This document shows positions 47,167 through 60,568 of a stretch of DNA of 64,000 nucleotides, one piece after another. The translations under genes were made by a program, and so were the position numbers. The notes beneath the pieces are model-generated. The model was given only the letters and a program-made list of their open reading frames with translations, did not search any database and had not been told where the DNA came from. Positions within the stretch are counted from its first letter, which is position 1; each line of letters opens with the position of its first letter. This stretch comes from Curvularia clavata (taxonomy: Eukaryota): the NCBI GenBank assembly GCA_023920165.1, contig CP089277.1:372001-436000 (forward strand). The letters run 5' to 3'.

Positions 47167-49942
47167 CGTCTACGGCAATGCCCCTGCATAGTGGGGCTAG
47201 AATCGGCGGAGATGCGGCTGACGATAGAGCGAGGCGAGCGAGGCCAAGAGCCATTACGTCTGGGGTGCAGCTGTTGGTAGCCCACGCTCGCTTAGCTTGC
47301 AGGGGTCGCCTGCACTGGCCGGAACGCTCTAGGTTGATCAAGGAGATAGAATTCTTGCTACCTAATTTGCAGTGATGGCAGCCATCAGGAGCGAATGCAA
47401 TCGTCAGTGATGGTAATTCGAAAGTAATGGCAGGACTGGAAGCAATGAGTATACAAGGATGAATGGACTGCATTATCACTGTCGTTGTGGTTAACTCAAA
47501 TTATATTTTCTTACCGTTAATTTACTTTATGAGATTATGACTTGTTAGTTGATAGCAATATAGATTAGTGATTGTCAACCCCGTTACTCTCGTTCACGCC
47601 ACTCCACAAAATCGCCAGACAACTCTCACGGCGCTTACACCCTTCCCTACTCACTCTAACCCCGTGTAACAGCCAGGCCTCTGGGGACAGATGGCTCTTT
47701 CGAGAGTGAAGTGAAGTGGAGCGGTGCAGATTCATATCCGCATCGCGTCGGCTGTCTGCCCTCTCTGTCATCCAGGTATAGCTGTGGAGATTACGGCTGA
47801 AACCGAATAGGATACAACCAACTCATCAATCACGTGGATATGGATATTAGTAAGAATAGATACTTCATTGCTCAGATTTCCGAGAACTTTAGGAGAGTTA
47901 TAAATTACGTATTACAATGTGTGCAGTGCCGAATCCACAACATCTCAGCATAAAGGTGCTGCACAATAGGGTTGTCCGCTGGGTGTAAAACAGCAATTAG
48001 TTCCTCCACGGCACTGCAGAAGCTGTTAGTAATGGGGCAGGGTAGTTTGTTCCTAGGATTCATACTGTAAGGCCACCACATGACTGAGCAGCTACATGTT
48101 GAGCGAACATAGTAGCTAGAGCGGCAACGATAAATGCCTTGATATTCGCCATCATTACTACTGGTATGGTTAAAAAAAGATGTTCAGATTACTAGGCGAG
48201 ATACATACTAACAAGGGCTAGGGAAGATCACAAAATATATACTCTGCGTTTTGGTAGGGATATACGATAGGGAATGTTGAAAAAGAAGCAACCAATGACT
48301 TGCTTGCAGCAATTTATACGCAAAAGGTTTCTCTACTGCTCGGCCCTACTATGTTACTAGGCTAAGGTGCGTCCCTACGTACGCGGCGGAAAACCCGGTC
48401 TATGGAGATCAACAGATCAGATTGCCAGAATCGCAAGCGCCGAGAGTCTCTCAAACTAATGAATACGAGGAAATACCGGTTTTCCCATCCAAGGACCCAC
48501 TTTAGTTATAGCGATTTACAATGTCCATCCCTATGTGCTAATACATATGGTGCGACAGGATGCTTTCTCTTCTACACTCTCGGCACTGTACAAGACACAC
48601 TGTGCGCTAACCAGTAGCATAAATACTACATATGATAGTGCTAGTAGAGTCTTTTAGAGATGTTATTGACGACTAAGTTAGATAGTTATTACTACCTGTG
48701 AGCAAGAATATTCAAAGTAGATGGGCGGCAAGGCATAAGTTAAGCTAGATAAGGTAGCTAGTCTTGATTTAATATTGTGAGCAGCAGATTTTAGAGCCAA
48801 TCACAGCTCTTGACATCTGTGAAATACAGTAATTGTATTCAAATCGAAGTCCGACCAAGCAGAAGCTGAATAGCGCTCCACTTTGAATACTTTTGCTGAT
48901 AAGTACGTTGCCGGTGAAGCCGAACTCCTAATCTTAAAGAATCGCGGGAGCCGGCAATACTCTAAAGGCAAGTGTACTTACGAAGCTACTGCTACGGTAT
49001 ACCTTAATTGTATTTAGTGCTGACGCAGCTAATGTCTATTACAGAAGGGATAGACGTCAGCAACGAAGTAACACCGACTAGAAAGAAAGCTCTAACTGAC
49101 TATAGGCTAAAGAAGCACCGACATAAAGACAACGCCAAGTTATTATTCTTTAGTAGAACGGTGGCATCAGTGCAACAATTCCCTGCACCAGACTCATTTA
49201 GTCAGACAGCGCTCTGAGATCCAGCCTGGAACCGGATACAATCCAGATGAGATCCGAGTGAGATCGGTACCTAAAAGTACAAACAACAAGTACCTCTTTT
49301 TGCTATTCAGTAGATTCTTGGTATCCTTTCATACTAGGCTTATGTGTGTCTACCGAATCCACGGTGTTTCTGCTATCCCACGCATTCCCATGTGCCTCTC
49401 AGTGACACTACCTGCCGATACCAATCCGACTCATCTTGCTCATGCCGTTACAATCAGTGTCTTTGATTAGAGAAAACAGCGACAGCAGCCGAAGTCGCGT
49501 TGCAACGGAGGGGCTGGGCATCTGGCCCTAGCTCGCAAGCCAACCGCGATGCATGAATAGACGTGTTACAAGTAGACAGCTGCTGGGCTGCGCAGTTCAG
49601 TAATACGAACAATGGTAATCTAAGTGACGAGACATTTGCTGACGTGCTGTTTCATTCGTATCTCCATACTAGTCAGTCGCGGACTGATCTTGCTTTCATG
49701 CATGGCACTGTTGTACAGCCATTTTGCTCTCTTCATCGCACACAGCTATTCTTCGCTACAACATACTATCATCTCTAGCTGCTCGTGAATCTCCTTCGTC
49801 TAATCCAACAACAGTGCGGGTATATAGTACAATAAAACCAAAACAATGCAATGCCGCAAACGCCGTGTGTGTGTCATGAGCCATATCTACAACGCTAGGA
49901 AACAAGACAAGAAAAGAATAAGGAAAAGAGATTGCCGTGCGA

Positions 49943-50704
49943 CTATGCGCATATGACCAAGATCAATGTCGTTGCAAGAAGAGCCAGAGCGGCGCTGCCG
50001 AATATCTCCTGCTGGCTTGACGAGCCGGTCGCGACAATGTCAAATGGCGATCCACCGCCCGAGAATGCGTTGGACAACTGCGTGCCTGGTGCGAGCGTCG
50101 GCTCCGGTCTCGATGTGTCTTCTGGTGGGACAGCTACGGTCATGGTCGGGGTGGATCCAGTGGCATTCGGGTCCATGACCAAGCCGCTTGTTGATGAGCT
50201 CGAGCTACTTGAACTTTGAGCCTCCGTCTTCTTGGCAGAGCTTGAAGATGCCGGTGTGGATGATGCTTCAATCGCCGAGTTGGTAAAGCTTGTGGTGATT
50301 GATGACGCTTTTGTGCTCGTTGATGTGCTCGACGCTCGTGTACTCGTCGTTGGATAGTCGGAGCTTATGGTGGTTACTGCGATGCCTGGACATAGACTTG
50401 GGATGCCCAGTTCGTTCTGGAATACTCCAATAATGCTCAGTTCGCCCGCATCAACGTCGGCACACTCCCTCTTTACACGATCTGCGATCTGAGCGAGGCC
50501 TCGCACGCAAGCTACGCTACATGTGGCCCCTTGCGCAAAGTCGGTCGGTACACATCCGGCGATAGTTGAAAAGTAGACGGTGTTGCATGCTGTAGGCAGG
50601 TTGTCGATCCGTGGAATAAACGACGCAAGAGAGACGGTTTCGGCGGTCGAGACAGATGCCCAGAGAAGTGCCAGTGCGGCTGCGCGTAATGATGTTGGTA
50701 GCAT
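49943..50704 (-). CDS. Secreted, probably GPI-anchored cell-surface protein (Cys-rich head, Ser/Thr stalk)
   Basis: Signal peptide MLPTSLRAAALALLWASVSTA, 6-Cys N-terminal domain, S/T-rich linker, GGGSPFD and hydrophobic C-terminus AALALLATTLILVICA. Confidence 0.85.
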   Translation of the reverse strand: MLPTSLRAAALALLWASVSTAETVSLASFIPRIDNLPTACNTVYFSTIAGCVPTDFAQGATCSVACVRGLAQIADRVKRECADVDAGELSIIGVFQNELGIPSLCPGIAVTTISSDYPTTSTRASSTSTSTKASSITTSFTNSAIEASSTPASSSSAKKTEAQSSSSSSSSTSGLVMDPNATGSTPTMTVAVPPEDTSRPEPTLAPGTQLSNAFSGGGSPFDIVATGSSSQQEIFGSAALALLATTLILVICA

Positions 50705-52192
50705 TTTGAGGGTGGGCGAGGAAATGTGCAGGTTCGTGTGTGTAGACCAGGACGCCTGGTGAGAGGACGCGGACGCACGTCGACGGTGGTGTCCAAGTGC
50801 GCAAGGCCGGGGAGACGTTTACCGAATACAAGTCTGCCGATGGAAAAGATGTCTTCCGGAAGGGGTCTGAGACGTCTGGTGTTTGACTGCGCGATATGAC
50901 GTTTTTGAGACGATGGCGCCTGCTCCTAGCTTCTCAAGTTTTGAAATATGCTACCAGTCCACTAGATCGAGAGCGTAGGTGCAGTGACTCGTCCAAGACC
51001 TGCTGCACAAACGCTGTTCGGCGCACTTTTAGGCAAACTTATCTGAAAGATGCTGATGCCTAAGGATTCAGACTCGGGAAGCAAACTGGACGCAACTGTG
51101 TCCTCGATACCAAACCGAAAGTAACCCCCGCTCTTGAAAAGACGAAAGTAAAGACCGTAAAAAAAGGGCACAAACCGAATGCGCAAATAAATGAACGACT
51201 TGGATACCTGGTCCCAGCCTGGCAAGGAGTAGCTATGTTCTCAAATAGACCGATGAAAAACAACGCACAGCGTCATTCAGGAACAGGAGAGATGCCGGGA
51301 AAAGAGCGACCAAAAGAAGCAGACGGTGGCGCAAGAAAGAAAGAGCAAGAAAAAGGAGGAGACCAGGAAGAGGTGCGATCTTCGTGATGTTCAGTCGCTC
51401 ACCAACTCACAAGACCTCGGCGGCGACCTGGTGGCGGGTCCGCCAACATCTTAAGGCAGATCTACAAGGCCCATCAGCGTAGCTCTTCTTGACACCATAG
51501 CTTACAGCTAGCCCCACGTAGGCGTCTTGCATAGCAATTGGCGGATTGGTCACCCTGGGAAGCAGCAAGCGTCCCCGCAGGGTCGTTGTGGACTTGAAGG
51601 TGGTGTCACAAGTGAGCGTGGCCCAGGGCTTCTGAAACAACGGGGTTAGCGCACGCTTGTTATAGCCAGGGCGCCACGACGGCTGACTGGCTGGACTAGG
51701 TTCTGCAGGCGTTACAAGTCGCGAGCGCGCTTCAGGTGCAGGTACCCGCACCCAGGAGAAGAGCCGTTGGTGGGAGGCTCGTGTCGTGCGAGCGTGTACC
51801 TTGATTAGGCTCGGCGGCTGCTGAAGTGGTTGGGAGGGGCGGCATATTCGGCCTCTTGGGTGTGCGACGGCTATGGCGGCTGTGGGAGTGGCAAGGCGAG
51901 CGACGAGCCATCTAAGATATGCTTGGCTTCGAGGGAAACGTATGTATCGTTGGCTTAGTTTGCGCTTGTGTATCGCGGCAAAATAGATGTACATTCAATA
52001 GCATCTACCTTGATATCTGACTGCCAGCTGCCACGATCATCCCAGAACACACCGCGGCAACGCCGGCAAGACTTGTCGCCTGGGGGCAAAAAATGTTTCA
52101 ACAAACGTTTTCTTAATACTGCAATTATAGTTCGCTGCCAGCGCTTGTATCACAACAACTTCCCCCAACTTTCCAGGTAGTCCCCAGACTGC

Positions 52193-53309
52193 TTACTCCA
52201 TGACGAGGACACTCCTGAACCGCACCTTGCCGCTCACCATGTGCTTAACCGCGTCTTCCACCTTGTCGAATGGGAACTTCTCAATCATGCACTTGACTCC
52301 TTGCTTCTCAGCAAAGTCAATGGCCTCTTCGCTGTCCAGACCATGTCCTGATGGCCACCCGTGAACTGAGCGGCCCCCGAGAACCAAGCTCACGGTGTTA
52401 ATCGGCACATCGCCCACTGGTGCGAGGACAAGTAGCTTACCCAATGGTCCGAGTCCGTCGACCAAAGGTCCTATGATCTGTGGGTTCGGCGCCGTAACGA
52501 CGATGAGAGATGCGCCGCCCATCTTCTGGAGACCCTCTGCTGCTGACTCCTTGGACGTGTCAATGTAGTCTGTCGCTCCCAGTTGGGAAGCAAAGTCCTT
52601 CTTGTCGGCTGATGATGATATCGCAACAGTGCGGTATCCCATCTTGCGGGCGTACTGTAGTGCGAGGTGACCTAGACCACCAAGTCCTTGGATAGCCACC
52701 GTATCACCCTGCTGGATGTTCATCTTCCGTATACCGTTGAAGACAGTAACACCGGCGCAGAGAAGAGGTGCGTATTCTGCGGCATTTGCCTCCGCCGGAA
52801 TGCGCACCGCGGCTTCGCTGCGAAGAGTGCAGTATTCAGCATCTGCGTATCTCTTGTCAGCGTTGCAATTCTTCGCGCACAAAAAAAAGTATTGCTGCTG
52901 TAAAACTTGGGGATTCTCTCAACTTACATCCACCATCCTTACTCACTCCATTCACTGCCGCATTCTCGCAGATCTGGAAGAGCCCCCGATTACACGCCTT
53001 GCACAAGCCGTCATGGCCCCCATGCCAACCCCCGCCAATGCGATCACCAACTTTCCATTTTTTCTCTCCCTCGCCAACAGCAACTACTTTTCCAATGACC
53101 TCGTGTCCTGGGATACGAGGAAAGATGTGCCCGCCGAGGTGGCCCTGCTGCATGAAGTTGTCAGAGTGGCAGACGCCACAAGCCTGCACCTTGACGAGGA
53201 CTTCGCCGGCTTTTGGTGCGGAAACAGGGACATCTTTGATTGTCCATGGCGCGCCCGTCTTTTCGATGACGACAGCGCGACACGAGGAGGGGATGTCGGA
53301 TGGAGACAT
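52193..53309 (-). CDS. Zinc-dependent medium-chain alcohol dehydrogenase
   Basis: Motifs ACGVCHSD, RIPGHEVIG, structural Zn site DGLCKAC..C, APLLCAGVTVF and GLGGLGHLA. Intron 52843-52927. Confidence 0.93.
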
Positions 53310-54105
53310 TCTGTCTGAAGTTTTGCAGCTCTTCTAATTAAGACGAATTGAGACCGGAAAATAATCCTGTAGGAGATGTGTAGTATCCAGAGAAGATCAC
53401 TCTTCGAGCTGAGAAGGATGGGGGGACCAAGTGTTTATTCGACCATCAAGTTGTGATGTCAACAAGCAGAGCTAGGCGCATCCACCATCCTTTTATCTAT
53501 AAGCGGGAGTTATCTATACACCAGCCGTCAACGTCCAATCCATTCTGACTAACCCGCAAGCGGAAACAACCACAAACTCCGATGCACTCGATAGCACAGC
53601 TGTAGCGCAAGTCTGAGACAAGAACGAATGCCGCGGTTCGACGTCAGATGTCCTATTCACGCCCTATTGCTCTATCAGTGGCTTACGCTTCCCAGCTTCT
53701 TCATCCGACATTATAAAGCTGCTCTATAGATGCGGGGCGTACTTCCTAACCCCGCCTGTTGCCAACGAAATGTTGGTATACTAGCGGTCGAGCGAGCCAT
53801 GCTTCTTACATGCGGTATGGCATCCCTTAGCCATATCTCCCCAACCAGTAGAGATTCAGCCCGCTGGCTCGTTTGCTTTGCATATGTAAGCCACTAGTAT
53901 GGCGGGGTTGAATAGTCAGCAAGATGCAGCTGGAGTAGCGCACGCCTATGCATGCGACTGATGACGGAGTACCGGGTTTTGCGGGCTTTGGAGGCCTGAA
54001 CCCGGTTACGCGTTGGATACTGCCCACGAAAGTATTTTTGGGGGATGGGGTATCATTTGTCGCTACAAACATCACACGGTGATCAATCGAGGTCTAGATC
54101 GTCTC

Positions 54106-55797
54106 TCACCAGGCATCAAAGTTGCCAAAACCTCCACCTGTCTTGGCTTTCTTCTTGACAGGTGCAGTGTCCTCCTCTTCATCAACGTAGCCGATTATCT
54201 CGTCTTCATCCTGGTTCTGCATCTCTTGCTTGGCTGCTTGGAGATACTTGCCTACACCGAGGCCTTCTCCACTGCTGTTGTCTACGGTGCCGTCTGCGCG
54301 AATGCGCTTACCAGTCCATGTAGTCTTATCATCTGCTGTACCGCCCTGCCTCTTGATCTCCTCGGCCTCTTGATCCTTGGTCTCTTTCTCTTTACGCTCC
54401 TTCTGCCACTCTTCAAAGGGGTCTACGAAGACGACAACATTCAGGATCTCAATGTCGTCCACCGGCTTGTCCTTCTCGCCAACTTCAGCAATCTCCATGG
54501 ACCGTAGCGTAGTATCCAATCCTCCCACGACACGCGCGAAAATGGTGTGTTTCCGGTCGAGATGCGGGGCCGCACGGTAGGTAATGAAGAACTGGCTCGT
54601 GTTCGTGTTCTTGCCCTTGTTCGCCATACTCAGAATACCTCTGGTGTTATGCTTTTCGGGCCCATCGAATTCATCTTCAAACGGCTTGCCCCATATGCTC
54701 TGTCCGCCTCTTCCTGTGCCTGTAGGATCTCCACCCTGAATCATGAAGCCTTTGATATTCCGATGGAAGATGGTGTGGTTGTAGTAACCTTTCTGGGCCA
54801 GCTTGACAAAGTTCCATACCGCTCGGGGAGCAAACTCAGGCAGGAGCTCGATATTCAGATCGCCCAGCGACGTTGATATCCGTGCATACCCCTTTTGTTT
54901 TACACGCTTTGGTTTGAGCATATAATCTTCATCAGAGAGCAGGGCGCGTTCGCCCGACGTATGCGGTGTGACACCAGTCGAGGTGAAGGATGCTGCAGCT
55001 TTGCCAGAAGTGTATACTGCAGCGTTGTAGGCTGGCTTCTTCGGCTCTGCATTTGTTGCGGCCGCAGAGCCGTTGCGCGCAACATTGGCAACGGCCTTGG
55101 ATGTTGTCCCGCCTTGCTCCTTCATCTTCCTGTTTTCGCGTGCCTTCGCAACCGCCTCTTTCGCCTTGAGGATCTTTGCGGCATTGCCCAATGCCTCCTT
55201 GTTTACACTGCTCTCATTCTCTGCTACCACTGTGTCTCCATCCTTGACGTGCTTGTACGAGCTAAAGTCTCTCGACTCAATGCTCTGTGGATCTTGCAGG
55301 GTGATGATATCCTTGCGCGTGAACTCTTCATCGCTGACCAAATCGCGCCAGTTCTTCGCTTTGATGTTCAGTCTCTCCACGGTATCCCATGCAAATACGT
55401 TACCACTCTTCTTCAGCGCAACAATATGGGTGTTGTCTGTAAAGACCTTGTATGTGACCGGATCCACGTATTCGCCATCCTCATTCTTCGTAAAGTGCAG
55501 CGTAATCAGGTCGGCGCGCTTCAACGGTGTTCCGTCGACGGGATTTGTGTTGGGGTGTTTCGACAACCAAGTGAGGATGTGCGTGAGATCGAAGATGGTG
55601 CCCGACGAGGTGCAGACAGGGTCGGTGAATGGCTGAAGCGAAACAGCACAGTAGTTGAATGGAAGACGCTTGAATGTGGAAGACAAGCCAGCGGCAGAGG
55701 CTCGGTTTGCGCTGTTAGCGCCGCGCGCGGTGCCGAACGAGTCGGACGACGACCACTCCGAGTGGGTAATGTATAGCTTATCTGTTCCCTTGCCCAT
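54106..55797 (-). CDS. PPIL2: U-box cyclophilin PPIL2/Cyp60 (peptidyl-prolyl isomerase-like 2)
   Basis: MGKGTDKLYITHSEW, FKRLPFNYCAVSLQPF..PVC (U-box) and cyclophilin domain FHRNIKGFMIQGGDPTGTGRGG..SMANKGKNTNTSQFFIT..HLDRKHTIF. Confidence 0.95.
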   Translation of the reverse strand: MGKGTDKLYITHSEWSSSDSFGTARGANSANRASAAGLSSTFKRLPFNYCAVSLQPFTDPVCTSSGTIFDLTHILTWLSKHPNTNPVDGTPLKRADLITLHFTKNEDGEYVDPVTYKVFTDNTHIVALKKSGNVFAWDTVERLNIKAKNWRDLVSDEEFTRKDIITLQDPQSIESRDFSSYKHVKDGDTVVAENESSVNKEALGNAAKILKAKEAVAKARENRKMKEQGGTTSKAVANVARNGSAAATNAEPKKPAYNAAVYTSGKAAASFTSTGVTPHTSGERALLSDEDYMLKPKRVKQKGYARISTSLGDLNIELLPEFAPRAVWNFVKLAQKGYYNHTIFHRNIKGFMIQGGDPTGTGRGGQSIWGKPFEDEFDGPEKHNTRGILSMANKGKNTNTSQFFITYRAAPHLDRKHTIFARVVGGLDTTLRSMEIAEVGEKDKPVDDIEILNVVVFVDPFEEWQKERKEKETKDQEAEEIKRQGGTADDKTTWTGKRIRADGTVDNSSGEGLGVGKYLQAAKQEMQNQDEDEIIGYVDEEEDTAPVKKKAKTGGGFGNFDAW

Positions 55798-58478
55798 ACC
55801 GATGGTAATGTAGTGAGAGATGTGAGGGTGAAGGATTGTTGGGAGGCGCGCAAAACATGGAAACGCAAGAGCGGCAACGCGCTGCTAACTTTTGGCGCTG
55901 GATCGCCGTTAGCGCGACTCCAAGTTCCCGGCGCGGTCTTGTTGTGGGCCAACGTCATTCCGGTCCCGAATCCCAATCTCCGCCATAGGATCGTCTTAAA
56001 AAGAAACAAAAACATGCATGCTTCACTTTAGATTGACGCTCTAGCTGAGTTAGGACAGATTTGTGCTAGGGATATGGCCGATAGATAAGTTCTGAGTTGG
56101 CCGCCATGGCTGTTGTAGCTGGAATGGCGGCCACGAGGCTTCGGCTATCATATACGGTTGAACAGCAAGACGTTATTCCGCCGCCAGAAACGCTGGTACG
56201 GTACGAACCGTACTTAATGCCCCTTTCGGCGGTGTAAACGGATTCCCCAATTGACATGAATATGCCGCTGCCCTTGCACAAGACACAGCCTCAGATACTG
56301 AACAAAATCAAAGCTGATATTGCCTTGGCACGAGACATTATGCCGACGGGCAGGATGACAACACATCAGGTGTTCATGAGAAAAAGAAAGCGTTGATCGA
56401 AGAGGCTTGGAAAAGGTGAAACAAAAAAGCCACAAGATTCTTGGAGAAAGCTGGGCTTTTGGCAACTGCTGACATGATGAGGGGCAGTCGATCATGATTG
56501 CAAGGTGTATCCATGTACATTTTGTAACATGAGCTCCTAGACAGAAATCGTGATATGACAGTGTTGTGCATTCAAGGCAACTGCTATACATTGATGATCC
56601 GACCGAGACGTATTCGCTGTAGCCCAGACCAGATGTTGTTATCTTGATGGCATCTTAAACTGTAGCCTGGAAATGTTAGAACTATCTCGTAATCCCATCT
56701 GAAAATCAATAACCAAGGCTTGATGTGTAAATATTTTGGCATGTTGGGTAATATATAGCTTTCATAATTCAATACGTAGTATCTGAAGAAAAACCTCGAG
56801 GCCGTGGGGTTTCGAGAGAAAGCAGTGAAACTGGCTATGAAAATATCCGATACAAGCAATGAACTATCGATTATAGGTAGATTGTGGGTTGTTTACGAGA
56901 TAAACCACCAGTAAGCGTGTCTGAATATTCAGAAATATGATATAAATATCGACTGCTGATTAAGAATAAATAGATTCGTCATGAATAACTTGTAATAACA
57001 ACGAGAAATGTTGCTACTAGGGTATTCTCATGATCTCAAAAATCATGTACTGGTGGCGTGGTGAGCACAGAAGGATGATGACCAGCAATACACGGAAATG
57101 AGAAGTTGCTCACAGAAAACATGCCAGGCGGATAGATTGTTACCTCAATTAAACACAACAAGAGATATCTTCTGGCCAAATTTGTAGCATGCAACGAACA
57201 AACACCCCACTTCGTGCTTTCAACAGATCGGTCAAAACAAAAATGTTGAATGACGTGTCTTGTAATGAGCTTCTTGTTATTATGCGGACATCGATGCTTC
57301 TTGAAAAGCGGTCAGTTTTTGATCGGATCGAGCCCCAGTTCTTGCTGTTCAAAATAGCACAAAGGATTCCAACAATCTGAGCGACATATCCAAGTGCATC
57401 GATGATGCAATCTCGAGTCCCCATTGATCATCGTGAACAAAGCTTGCCACGAAGAACAAGTACATTCCTAGTGTGCCACCCTACATGGCCCAAGGTGTAT
57501 GACTATACCGAAAACAGTTATTCCGAGGCTCATAGTACCCGGCTGTAGCAGCGGGCGCAACCGTGTAAATGCAGCAAGAATGTTTGTTATGTTGAACGAT
57601 GCAAATATCCGGGCATGGACTTATTTTTATCGCATCGCTAGCGTGCACACTAGGCGTTCGAATGCGTGCCTAGCGGCTTCTTTTTTTTCCAGGAACCAAA
57701 TGTTGTAGCCTTCCCATTCGCCTAACTCGTAGAGTTCACAGATGTGCTTTTTCTAGATCGGCGTTGTGTGGGTCAGGAAGCAGGTGATAAGCTTTGTGGC
57801 CTTCAGCCACGGCAAGATTGCGTACGAGATGGTGCGTAATGGTGCGTTGTTGGAACGGGAGGAAAGCGGAAAAACGAAGTGAAGGACACCAAATAAAGCA
57901 TTGTTTTGCACATTTTTGGCTTAGCACGGTATATCCACTGGCCAGAATGGGTGTATCGGCTCTCGCAGCTTTCAGCTCATAACAACTGCGCTCAAACATA
58001 TCACAACTTCCCAAGAGCATTCTCTAGTTATGTGCATTCAGATTTTACCCTGTTGAAGGCAAAACACCAAGCTCATCAACCATTTTTGCACCCAATCACC
58101 AGTGGCGGTGCTAAAGCCATGGTAATCTTATCACTTGCTTTTTTTCTGTTCTTAGCCTGATCAACCCTTGACGAACGTCCCGAAGCGTAATTGTGCCATG
58201 AGAAAAGCTTTCTTCAGACCCCCTTTCACAACAATATGGATCGGGATCGGTTGAAGGAAGCACCCCATGGTGATCTACACTGCTCGAGTCAAGCCGTGGA
58301 CATTCATGCTTTTGTCTTTCGATCTGCCAAGCTGGAAGTCCCATCGGCTTGCCGCGTGTTGGGAAACGCCAGGTTCTGCTATGACAGATGAATAATCCTG
58401 GTGCGCTGGCTTGTTTAAAGCCTCCATGGTGCCTCTGTGTTGGGGATCAGCAACTTCAAGAAGTTCCTCCGTGTCAAT

Positions 58479-60568
58479 ATGTTTCTTTCGTCAGTCGCTT
58501 GTTCATATGTTTTACTCAACCATCTAATCTTGGGCACTCGTGCCGCGCCACTCGTTAGTACAACTACACAAGAGTCGTTCCCTCTCCAAACTTTGTACGA
58601 TCATATCATAGACGAAATACCGACCGATGATTCGCTCCCTCCAAACACCGCTCAAGACGGATGGAACAGTCCGGAGTACAAATGGACTTTCCAATATCCA
58701 CTTCCCATTCCCCCAGTGAAGGAACCAAAATTGTAGGATGTCTGGAATTCCGAAGATGGCTGCGATGCTAACAACGAGAAGCACTTACACCAACAACATC
58801 ACGGGTGCTGTGATTGACTACTACGAAGTTGAAGTCAAGTCCGCGAAGAAACAAATATACCCTAATCTTGCACCTGCCGAAGTATACACGTACGATGGAT
58901 ACACTCCCGGACCGACATTCAAGATGCATAAAGGCCGAGGTAAGACTTCCGAAGGCAACCTTGATAAGAAGCTAAAACAATGGTCCAGAGGCTGTTGTAC
59001 GGGTTACTAACCTCAGTCCCACGAACGCGTCTGTCCATGTCCACGGCCAGTACAACCGCGCTCCTTTTGATGGATGGGCTGCCGACTATGCGTTGCCCGG
59101 CCAGTACAAAGATTATTATTACCCAAATGCGCAAAACGCACGAACAATCTGGTACCATGTCAGTGATTCCAACCCACCGATTGGTATGAATTTTAGGCTG
59201 ATGCTCAATAGGACCACACCGAACACGAAACAGGCGAGAATGTATACATGGGACTTCATGGCTTCTACCTCTTGAGTGACGACGAAGAGCAAGCGCTTGA
59301 CCTGCCAGACGGTGATTACGACGTGCCGCTCGTTATCTCAGCGAAACAATATGCTGCAAACGGTTCCCTCGTTTACAACACTAACAACAACACTGGACTG
59401 TGGGGAGATATCATCGAAGTGTAAGAAGTCCTTAACAAGCAAAATGGTCAACCACTAATAGTGATTCTTGTAGCAATGGACAGCCATGGCCTTACATGAA
59501 TGTGGAACCACGCAAATACCGTCTTCGTGTGCTCGACGGTGCCGTCAGTCGTTGTATGTTAGACACCAAAATCATGCTACGAGTGTGCTAACTAGTGGCA
59601 GCATTCAATCTCTACTTACAGGAAGACGCAAGCAATGAAACCATGAGCTTCAACGTCATCGGCTCGGACAGCGGTACGTGCATCGACTGCTGCGTACAAA
59701 CTATGCTGACCTTGTACTAGGTCTCTTTCCTCACCCTGTAGAAACGACCAATCTGGCCATCGCTGAAGGCGAACGATACGAGATAATTGTCGACTTTGCT
59801 AATTACCAGGGCAAGAACATTACCCTGCGCAACGAGCGTGGCATGGCAGGTAACCTCGACTTTGCCGCAACAAACCGCATCATGCGATTTGTCGTCAGCG
59901 ATCCAGCCTACGGTCCACTTGACAATCCTCTGCCAACCGATCTCCACTACATTCCCCCTCCGCCAGAGACCAACATTTCCAAGAGCTTTACTTTCTCTCG
60001 CACTGACGGCCACTGGACGGTGAATGGTGTTGGCTGGGCGGACATTGAGAACCGCATTCTGACGCGCCCCATCCTGGGCCAGGACGAGATCTGGGAGTTG
60101 ATCCACGGAGGTGGAAATGCCTCTCATCCAGTTCATATCCATCTTGTCGACTTCCAGATTATTTCTCGTACCGGAGGAAGAAACGAAGTATTGCCATACG
60201 AATCAGCAGGCATGAAGGATGTGGTTTGGGTCGCTCCCGGTGAAGTTGTGAGAGTGGTGGCTAGGTACGCACCATGGAAGGGAGTGTACATGTTCCATTG
60301 CCACAACCTTGTCCACGAGGATCACGAGTAAGTCTAAACCCGTTTAACTTTTGAAACTCTGAAACTAACACTCCAAAGCATGATGGTCGCGTTCAATGTC
60401 ACGCAGCTTGAGAAATGGGGGTACGACAGTACTACTCAGTTCATCGACCCGATGGAGCCTGCTTTCCGTCCCAAGAACATCACATCTGAAGCTTACACCG
60501 AAAGCGCCATTCAAAAGAAGTTGGACTGGTTCTACCACACGAATGCATACAACCAGACCGCTGCGTAA
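58479..60568 (+). CDS. Secreted multicopper oxidase, bilirubin-oxidase-like, multi-exon
   Basis: Signal peptide. Cu motifs SVHVHG, WYH/DH (intron-split), HPVHIHLVDF and HCHNLVHEDHDMM. Also YYYPNAQNARTIW and VEPRKYRLRVL. Confidence 0.92.

Noticed and set aside
54895..55776. 293-aa ORF antisense to PPIL2
   Set aside because: Antisense shadow.
56200..56225. CCGTACTTAA resembling part of a fungal 5S rRNA
   Set aside because: Flanking sequence does not match 5S sequence or structure.
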